This document shows positions 39,601 through 48,400 of a stretch of 64,000 bases of DNA, piece after piece; the stretch's first letter is position 1, and the number at the start of each line of letters is the position of its first letter. The notes below the pieces were generated by a model. The model was given only the letters and a program-made list of their open reading frames with translations, was not told the DNA's origin and did not search any database. This stretch comes from a virus. Taxonomy: Duplodnaviria > Heunggongvirae > Uroviricota > Caudoviricetes. The position numbers and the translations under genes are program-made. The stretch lies in the IMG/VR virus record IMGVR_UViG_3300042887_005798. The stretch is one strand, 5' to 3'.

Positions 39601-40343
39601 TTGTCATTTGCACTAACAATTTGATATCCAGCTTCAAAACCTACAGTTACATTTCTTGCACCATACGTTGTAGCATATAAAGCATTGTAGCCTATAGCAA
39701 CATTAGACGCACCTGTGTTATTACTGAATAAGGCTGAAGCTCCAAGAGCAGTGTTGTTTGATCCTGAAGTATTAGCTAATCCAGCTTGATATCCAATAAA
39801 AGTATTATTAGAACCAGACGTATTTGCAAGACCAGCTTGAAAACCTACAACAGTATTAAGCGTATTTGATCCACCACCTCTCCCAACAGTTATGAGATTA
39901 ACGAACAAATCACCTAAAAAAGAACCAAAACCATTAACAAAAATGCGAGAATTTACTGTTACTGCAATTCCATTATCTGTGATGTTTGAGTTAGATAAAG
40001 AGCTTGAAGAATTAAATTTAGCAACAGTGTTTGTTGTTCCAGAGCCAGACACCCCACCTGTTGAACTTACAGTAGCCCAAGTTATACCAACTCCAGTAGA
40101 TGTTAAAACTTGATTCAAAGAACCTGTGGCGTTATTTGAATCATAAATTGCACCTGTAATTCTTGCAGACCCAGAAACGTGTAGTGCTTGTGTTGGACTT
40201 GAAGTTGCAATTCCTACAGAGCCTTGAATAATTAAACCATTTACAGGAGGTGTAAAAAATGTATATCCAGACCCAACATAAAGCCCATACTGAGATGAGC
40301 TTATCCCCACTGCATTTTCTATTGAATCGTTATAAATTCTCAT
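36639..40343 (-). CDS. Long tail fibre/adhesin-like protein (1234 aa)
   Basis: Repeated GIGTxxPxxxLHV shaft motifs and NxAxG beta-roll repeats. Confidence 0.8.
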   Translation of the reverse strand: MRIYNDSIENAVGISSSQYGLYVGSGYTFFTPPVNGLIIQGSVGIATSSPTQALHVSGSARITGAIYDSNNATGSLNQVLTSTGVGITWATVSSTGGVSGSGTTNTVAKFNSSSSLSNSNITDNGIAVTVNSRIFVNGFGSFLGDLFVNLITVGRGGGSNTLNTVVGFQAGLANTSGSNNTFIGYQAGLANTSGSNNTALGASALFSNNTGASNVAIGYNALYATTYGARNVTVGFEAGYQIVSANDNTYMGYRVGYANTNGSGNSAFGINALNSATTPFFNTAIGRQSLYSTTTGGDNTAVGNNAGFTNTTGTYNVYIGAGAGQYQTQSFLTAIGGVALRGNVDTTLNTGTLNVAVGYAAGTANTSGSSNTFIGHTAGANNSTGNTNTFVGNYAGSANTSGSNNNFFGANTGANNSTGTGNVAMGISAFNQNRHGINNVAIGRQAFYYNVSGSSNVAVGNNALFYYESSSSNTAVGDAALLGNSTTSLNTASGNVALGASAGIANSSGSFNVYIGNSAGSTVTTGNNNVFVGNQSNGIAAGSNQIAIGQGVIITASNQGAWGGSTNSTRTNLGIGTFSPLARLHIETLAAANMGLYIAGSASQTGDLVEVNATANGANYFTITGIGSVGIYTATPTQQLHVSGNVRINGGIFDSNNNIGLANSVLSSTGTGLAWIAQSAAAAGSGTIGGSISTNQIAFGNTLNVITGISTFVYSNNRVGIGTAVPLSILHTRSGFANSSALRVDGISGNLFEVTDILTGNLQSVNNISGLPVFQVFDGVNNPLVAVKTPVGLASEAFSVTSPLNFPYFSVSGLGSVGIGTSTPSRTMHVQGNMRVTGVFADTFNAAGASNNLLQSTGSGTAWSSFVQLGLVTGASAGSRIAFYATPNSLIGVSTFVYTGIGSVGIGTANPTQLLHVTGIGRFDQITLGPTATPVSGYPLSLFGNFYLRANDVISWSAGNASIVSASGVFDLRFRTYNGSTAEFEHMRILSNGNVGIGTTGPLAKLHVQSSNVANIPLILSGFGIQTADYLRIESQVNGTRLITIDSTGELGIGTSTPTQTLHVQAGSRFNGAIFDTNNLSGGPIGIVSQVLQSTGTGVTWAPVKRSLIIPLMTAFTPTASGIDAGVFIVPQDPINGISSVNYNLRRVNVRVETPATGITTINVSKSTSPGVFSGANILSSDILVTGASNYEFASSSFTGFGATATSNDKFAVNFIGTAPTFANFTVELILREA

Positions 40344-40382
40344 ACACTACAAATTAATATTCTTATTTTTTTGGGTTTTTAC

Positions 40383-41735
40383 CTAAGCTATGAACCTGCT
40401 CACTAAAGCATTAAAATTGTTTGTAACTTCAGATTGTGTGAGGTTTGTGTTGTAAATTCCAATATATCCAATGTTACCATTTAATACTTCAGAATTTGTA
40501 GTTACACCATTAGAACCAATGACAAAACTAGTAACCCCTACTGAAGCAACTAATTTAGCTGCATCTTGAGTAGACACAAGATTGCCATTTAAATATGTGG
40601 ATGCACCTATTCCAGAATAAACAATGCAAACATTATTCCATCTAGATACTGAAACAGATTGTGTGGTGTTGTAAATTTGCGTAGTAGTTCTTGAAGCAAT
40701 TACACCATTATTTATAACCATTCCAGCGTTTTGTGTTCCATCTCGGTATGGATTTAAAGATTTTATTATAGTTGCGCCAATAAAACCAGTGGCACCTAAG
40801 CCGCCAGCATAATAAACACTGTTAAATCCTATAGGGTTTTGAACCGCATAATTAGCAGATAAACCATAAGTACCATTACCTCCAAACGCTGATGTGAATT
40901 GCAAATTTCCACTTAAAGTTCCCGAAGTTGGAGTGATGTTAAATCTACCAAAATTTGAAGTGTAAACAAAATCCCTTATTCGAGTTGAAGCAAAAAGCGG
41001 AGTGTTAGTGGCACCTGCCCCAAAATAATTCACAGAAACACTACTTTCTACAAAACCAGGTTTTGTATCACAATTTATTACTTCCACAAAGTTATTATAA
41101 TTTATTGTTGGAGTACCACCAGTGTATTGAAAGTTAACAGTCAAACCTGTGGCGCTAGATGTATTAACCCCATACCAATGATAAAAAGTACAAAACCTAT
41201 TAATGGCATCAATACCTACAATTTGCTGTGTTAATCCACCAGTAATAGAATAAATATTTCCATTTCTATTATCAAAAACTGTTGATAATGAAACATTTGG
41301 TAAAGTGGAAATTATGCCAGACATGCCCACAATAATCGAACCTGGCGTAAGAGTTCCTGCAACTGAGCCTGCTTGCCCAGCATTTTGAGAAACTGAAGGC
41401 ACAAGAAAGGTGGAACCTATACCCACGCAAAAGTTATTGAAAATTGAAGCAGTGCTTAAAGAGCTTAAAAAAACCCAGGCATTCACAGAGTAATTACCTG
41501 AATTTAAAATTGTTCCAAATCCAGTATTTCCAGTTATGAAAGAAGAAGACCCATTAAAAGATAATATGCCTTGATTTTGTTGTGAGAAAACAATATTATT
41601 CAATGCACCAGAAAAACTTGATCTAGACAAGTCGTTAATAGTGTTACCTACACCATTATATGAAAAAAAGTTACTTGGATCATAGTTTAAGATAAGATTT
41701 CTTGTGCTTATAGAAGGTCCACCAGTAGCACTCAT
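40383..41735 (-). CDS. LamG/concanavalin A-like virion protein with central insertion
   Basis: GGPSISTRNLILNYDPSNFFSY..NDLS N-terminus; RWNNVCIV..YLNGNL..LNGNIG.IGIYN.NLT..EV..NFNA C-terminus. Confidence 0.75.
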   Translation of the reverse strand: MSATGGPSISTRNLILNYDPSNFFSYNGVGNTINDLSRSSFSGALNNIVFSQQNQGILSFNGSSSFITGNTGFGTILNSGNYSVNAWVFLSSLSTASIFNNFCVGIGSTFLVPSVSQNAGQAGSVAGTLTPGSIIVGMSGIISTLPNVSLSTVFDNRNGNIYSITGGLTQQIVGIDAINRFCTFYHWYGVNTSSATGLTVNFQYTGGTPTINYNNFVEVINCDTKPGFVESSVSVNYFGAGATNTPLFASTRIRDFVYTSNFGRFNITPTSGTLSGNLQFTSAFGGNGTYGLSANYAVQNPIGFNSVYYAGGLGATGFIGATIIKSLNPYRDGTQNAGMVINNGVIASRTTTQIYNTTQSVSVSRWNNVCIVYSGIGASTYLNGNLVSTQDAAKLVASVGVTSFVIGSNGVTTNSEVLNGNIGYIGIYNTNLTQSEVTNNFNALVSRFIA

Positions 41736-42451
41736 ATACCAAGCCTGCTCCTTACAGCTGCAAAATTTTGTTGTACTTCAGATGTAGATAAAGCTCTGCT
41801 ATAAACTTGTATCATATAAATGTCTCCCACAAATCTCCATCCAGCTGTGTTTCCAAATGTAAAACCACCTGAAGTATATATAGTCCCCGTTACAGCTGAA
41901 GTTGATGCAATTCCAACCAACACGCCATTAACAAAATAGTTTGTTGTACATCCATTTGTCCTATCAACTACAAAAGCTCTATGATATGTAGTTGTCTGTG
42001 CCACACCATGAGATAAAGCAATCGTAGAATAATTTACTCCATCACTTACTTCAACATTTATTGCGCTTAAGCTTGCACCCTCACCAACCTGCCAACCTTT
42101 ATTGATTGCCGCAGCAACTGGGTTTGATGCTTGAATCCACATAGGCAGAGCACTTCTTGGGCTTGCTTGATCTTTTGCTCTGACAGCTATTATTATTGTA
42201 AAGCTACTTGAGGGGAATGCAGCTGATATAGAAGTATTGTCATTAAGTACAATAGTTTCAGAGCCAGCTGGCATTGTAATTGCACCTTGGAAATCTGTAG
42301 AAAATCCTGTTCCTGATAAAGTGGCATTATTAGATAAACCACTTAAATCTCTCCATGTGCTACCAGATTGGGGGTAGCTAAATTGATTTGCGGCGTCGTA
42401 GTAGTATAACAAGTTGCTTGTTACTGAAACAGGACCAAGAAAGTATGCCAT
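41732..42451 (-). CDS. LamG/concanavalin A-like virion protein
   Basis: LLYYYDAAN..SYP.SG.TWRDLSG..FVGDIY.IQVYSRALS..EVQQNF. Confidence 0.8.
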   Translation of the reverse strand: MAYFLGPVSVTSNLLYYYDAANQFSYPQSGSTWRDLSGLSNNATLSGTGFSTDFQGAITMPAGSETIVLNDNTSISAAFPSSSFTIIIAVRAKDQASPRSALPMWIQASNPVAAAINKGWQVGEGASLSAINVEVSDGVNYSTIALSHGVAQTTTYHRAFVVDRTNGCTTNYFVNGVLVGIASTSAVTGTIYTSGGFTFGNTAGWRFVGDIYMIQVYSRALSTSEVQQNFAAVRSRLGI

Positions 42452-42481
42452 TAAATATTTGCCTCCATATTTTTAAATAAA

Positions 42482-45400
42482 TTATACATTTTGTGTAAGT
42501 AAGTAATCATAAGATGTTTTCCATAGCCACATATTGGAAGATGCGTTAGATTTAGTAACAATAACAACATTGGGTCCTTGGGCTTGTATGTCAAAATTAC
42601 CACTTGATCCAACAAATTTAGATGTAATGTCTGGCTGACCAATTATAGAAACAATTCCAATTGAGTTATTAAATACAGCGAAGAATCTACCGCTTTCATT
42701 GAAACTTTCATTGAACCATCCATTGATTTTACCTTCAATTGTTAATTGATAACCAACAGGAACTGCAATAGAAGTCATGCCTACAAATGTAGTTTGATTA
42801 ATTGAAGAAGATGCTCCAGTAAACACTCTTTGGTTATCAAGGTTTGAAGTTCCATAAAAATTAAATTGACCACTAGATTCAAAATTCTTTAAAGTAGAAA
42901 ATCCTGAAACACTCAATTGTGATAATGTTCCAACAGATGTTATTCCTGAGTAAGATCCTGATACCACTGAACTTGGCACTGTTCCTGAGAACAGACTAGA
43001 TGCATTTAAATTAGTAAGGTTTGAACCAAAACCGAAGAAACTAAACGCTGTTGATATACCAGACACAATCTGATTGCCTCTTACATCTAAGGCTTGTGCA
43101 GGTAATGAAGTATAAATACCAACAGAGCCAATTCCAGTAATCGTGAAATAGTTTTGACCATTTGCCGTGGCATTTACCTCTACTAAGTCGCCAGTTTGTG
43201 ATACAGATCCTGCAATATACAAGCCCATGTTTCCAGCGGCTAATGTTTCAACATGTAAACGAGCTAGTGGCGTAAAAGTACCAATACCAAGGTCAGTGCG
43301 AGTGGAGTTAGTATTACCACCCCATGCACCAAGATTGGATGCAGTAAGCGTTACACTATCACCCACTGCAATTTGATAGTTGCCTGAAGGGGCTCCATCT
43401 GTGAGATAACCGAGATATGTGTTTGAAGACCCTGAAGTATTTCCGTCCCCACTTTGTGCTCCAACAAAAGTATTTTGATTACCATTATTATTAACAGTAC
43501 CTGCTAACGTTCCAAGAGCAGTGTTGTTAGAGCCAGACGTATTTATGCTTAAAGTTTCTCTTCCTACAGCAACGTTAGAAAACCCTGTGTTAGAAGATCT
43601 TGTGTCACTTCCTCTTAAAGCTCTATACCCAATAGCTATTTGCAAACCTTGTGTTTCATAATTTCTTAAAGTATCTTGCCCTATAGCAATGTTATAATTA
43701 CCATTTAAATTATAGAATAATGCAAAACTTCCAACAGCTACATTTTGAATACCAACTGAGTTATTTGCTAAAGATTGATTGCCGACGGCTGTATTGTTGC
43801 TCCCAGAAGTATTTGCTAAGCCTGCCTGATAACCGACAAATACGTTGTTAGAGCCAGAGGTATTTGCTATACCAGCCTGATAGCCCATAGCAGTATTTTG
43901 GGTTCCAGTGTTGAGGGCTACAGTACCATTTCCTCGCAAAGCTCCAAAACCTACAGCAGTTTGATTGTCTGAGTTAGCGTAATATCTTAATGCATCTCTA
44001 CCCATGCCAGTATTACCGCTTGTTAAAATATTATTTTGCAAAGCATTAAATCCAAAAGCGGAATTATTAGAACCAGATATAGTGGCATTTAAAGCTCCAT
44101 AGCCAAAAGCAGAGTTTTGTGAACCAGTAGAGTTACTGTTAAGGGCTGTAGCACCAAAAGCAGAGTTTAGAGTTCCTGAAGTGTTACTTGGTAAAGATCC
44201 TGAACCCACTGCCGTATTGTTGCTCCCAGAATCATTTACTCTTCCTGACGTACTTCCAACAAAAGTATTATCTGTGCCAGAAGTATTTGCTAAGCCTGCC
44301 TGATAACCCACAAAAACATTGTTAGAGCCAGAAGTATTTGCAAAACCTGCTTGATATCCTATTGCAGTATTTTGTGTTCCTGTGTTGAGGGATACAGTGC
44401 TACTACCTTGTAATGCCTGGTCACCTATTGCTACCTGGTTTGATTGATTATAGTATCTTAAAGCAAATCTACCAATCGCAATATTTTGACCACCAGTATT
44501 ATTAGACGCTAATGCATTAAAGCCAAACGCCGCATTGTTACCACCAGTAGTGTTACTATTAAACACATTGTATCCTACAACTGTGTTGTAGCTGCCAGAA
44601 GTGTTTAGTTGTGCAGAAAGGCTACCAACAACAATGTTTGCTTCGCCCAAGTTGTTAGCCTGATATGAAGCCGCCCCAATAATCGTGTTGTGATTAGATG
44701 TAGAAGCCGATCCAACAGTTGCGCCTATAAAAGTATTGTGAGTTCCGTTGGCATTGGCTAAACCAGCTTGGTGTCCTAAGTATGTATTTAAAAATCCAGA
44801 TGAATTAGCAAGACCAGCCTGATAACCAATAGCTACATTGCTTGTGCCAGTATTCAAAGTAGTATCAGAATTACCACGCAAAGCTTGATAACCAACAGCT
44901 GTTTGATTGCTTATAGTTGTGTAATATCTTAACGCTTCTCTGCCCACTGCCACATTAAAGCTACCTGTGGTATTTGAAACCAATGCAAAATATCCCAATC
45001 CAGTGTTGCTATTACCTGAAGTAAGAGCATTTAACGCAAAGTGCCCTAATCCAACGTTTGCACTGCCACCTGTAATTCCAGTCATTACTGAATATCCGAT
45101 AGCTGTATTTTGAGTTCCAGTTGCAGCAGTTGTAGACACACCAACTAAAGCATACGCCCCAACTGCAACGTGTTGCCCTTGAGTGGTGTAATTATTGCCA
45201 GCGGTAGCTCCAACAAAAGTTGTTTCAGCAGCTGTAGTTAAGTTAGCACCACCACCTATTGCAATGTTATTTCCTCCACTTCCTCCAGTAAGGAACCTCA
45301 TTGCCCTATCGCCGATTGCAATATTTCCTAAATCAACAGTACTTAAAGATAAAGCTTGATGACCAATAGCTATATTTCCAGTGCCAGAAGTATTTGAGCT

Positions 45401-48400
45401 TAAAGCCTGTGCGCCAATAGCAATGTTTCTGTTCGCTTGGTTAACCGCAAGAGCTAATTGTCCAATAGCTACATTTCCAAAAATTGCATTAGAAGTAGTT
45501 TGCATAGCCCTGTCGCCAACAGCAACATTGCCACTAGCAGAAGGAGAAGCTGTCTGAAAAGCCTGAAAACCAATTGCTACATTACCAGTAGATTGTTGAC
45601 TTCCTAGACCAACAGTCATTTGATTAACAAAAATATCACCCAAGAATGACCCAATTCCGTTGACAAATACTCTTGAGTTTACAGTAACAGCAATACCATT
45701 ATCAGTGATATTTGAATTAATTAAAGAGCTAGATGCACCAAATTTAGCAATAGTATTTATGGTTCCTGAACCAGTAATAATGCCAATAGATGAAACAGAT
45801 GACCATGCAACACCTGAACCAGTGGATGATAACACTTGACCAAGAGTGCCAATAGATCCACTTCTGTCTTTAAGCCAGCCATCTATTTCAGCATTAACGA
45901 GAGTAGCAATACCAGTTACAAATAAGTTAGATAGATTGCCAACAGATGTAATACCTGCATAAGAACCTGACACCACTGAACTTGGCACTGTTCCAGAGAA
46001 CAGATTAGATGCATTTAGATTAGTAAGGTTTGAACCAAAGCCAAAGTAAGCTAAAGATGTTGTGAGACCTGATATTAACGCATTGCCGACAACATGAAGT
46101 GTCTGCAGTGGCGCAGAAGTGCCAATACCCAAGTTACCCCCACTATAAACAAAAGTGGAAACACCATAAATGGTATCACTGCCTAGCCCAAATGCTATTT
46201 GTGAATCTGCAAGTTGATAAAAAATTGCATCAATTGTTGTCCAAGCTACTCCAGAATTTGTTGATACTAAAATTTGACCTGTATTACCACTCCCAACGCT
46301 TCTGTCATAAAGTCTACCTAAAACATTAAGATTTAAGAAAGTGGACATTCCTGTTGCCAAGAAAGTGCCTTGGACATCTAAGTTTGCGTTTGGGTTTGAA
46401 GTGTTTATGCCAATAAAGCCTTGGTTACTATACACAAAAGTAGAAATGCCTGTAATAGTATTGCTCGCAGCCCCAAAAGCAATTCTATTTGCTTCTATCG
46501 TGCCATTAATAGTACCACCGCCTGGACCTCCGCTCGCAGGGGCTACCCAAAGCACACCAGAACCTGTTGAAGATAAAACTGAATTTGCTAATCCAACTAA
46601 ATTATTTGAGTCATATAAACCATTTAATACTCTAAAATTAGTAACCGTTGAAATGCCTATTACATTTAAATTAGTTAAATTGCCAACAGAAGTGATACCT
46701 GTGTAAGAACCTGATACCACTGAACTAGGAACTGTACCAGAGAATAGATTTGATGCATTCAGATTAGTAAGATTTGAACCAAATCCAAAATAGCTAAACG
46801 CTGTTGTCAATCCTGATATTAATGTATTTCCACCAACATGCAACGTTTGCAAAGGTCCAGTCGTACCTATCCCAACTCTTGGTGCATTAGAACCATCTAA
46901 CGTCATAAACAAGTTAGGCAAAAAGTCATAAAAAGAGAATGCTATCGCTCCAGCAGTGGACCCTCCTTGTCTGAATCTCAATACGTTGTTAGTGTTAAAA
47001 TAAGTGGTGTCAAATAGTTGTGTGAGTGCAAAAGCTTCATTTGCGGTTGAACCGTAAAAAATAACACTTGCGCTGAATCTTGCTGAACTACTTACTTCAA
47101 GTCTGTTTCTTGGAGCTGATGTGCTAATTCCAAAATTACCGTTGGAATCAATAATAAAATTAGAATTGCTTGTTAAAGTGTTTGGACCGCTAAAGTAAGC
47201 AATTCTTGTTGCTACACCAGCGCCAGTTACAATTCCTGCTCCTGCTGTAGATGTCCACGCAATTCCAGAGCCTGTTGATGACAATAATTGATTAGCTGAA
47301 CCTATAAAGTTATTTGAGTCAAAGATTCCACCTGTAACCCTTGCATTGCCATTCACTTGAAATTGCTGTGAAGGCAAAGATGTATAGATACCAACAGAGC
47401 CAATTCCAGTAATTGTAAAATAATTTTGACCATTTGTTGTGGCATTTATTTCTACTAAATCGGCGGTTTGAGATGCAGATCCAGCAATATAAAGCCCCAT
47501 GTTGCCAGCAGCAAGAGTTTCTACATGAAGTCTTGAAAGAGGATTAAAAGTTCCAATTCCTAAATTTGTCCGAGTAACGTTTGTTGTGCCTCCCCATGCT
47601 CCTTGATTGGAGCCAGAAACAACAACAGACTGACCAATAGCAATTTGATAATCACCAGAAATTAATCCATTTGTGAAACCGCCCAAGAAAGTATTGTTAC
47701 TTCCTGTAGTTGTTTGATCACCACTTTGTGAACCCACAAAAGTATTATAAGATCCAGAACTGACAGCCATACCAGCCATATTGCCAATAGCAACATTGAA
47801 CACGCCAGTATTGAGTGTAACAGTAGAATTTCCTTGTAAAGCCTGATATCCTATACCAGTTTGATTTGATGACACGTCCCAGTTTCTTAAAGCTAAATCA
47901 CCAAAAGCAGAATTGTTATTTCCAGAAATGTTTTGGAATAAAGTAAGCCTTCCTACTGCTACGTTTTGTCCACCAGTTAAATTACTCCTTAAAGAAAATT
48001 GCCCAATTGCAATATTGTTGTTTCCAGATACATTTCCAGATAAAGCTCTCGCACCAATACCAATGTTAGCAAAACCAGATAAGTTAAAAGCTAATGCGCT
48101 AAAGCCAAGACCAACATTTGAAAAACCTGTGGTATTAGCATTTAAAACAGATGCTCCTATCGCTACGTTAAAGATACCTGTGTTATTTACAAGTGCTTGA
48201 TTTCCAAAAACAGTGTTTGAAATATTTTGATTTTCGCCAAGTCCAATATTTACAAAATTTACAATTATGTCCTTAGCAAAAGTAGAAATACCACTAACTG
48301 AAAAAACTGAATTGACATCTACCACTGAGCCATTGTCTGTAATATTGGAATTAGTTAAAGAATCTTCATCTACAAATTTTGAAACACGATTAGTTAATCC

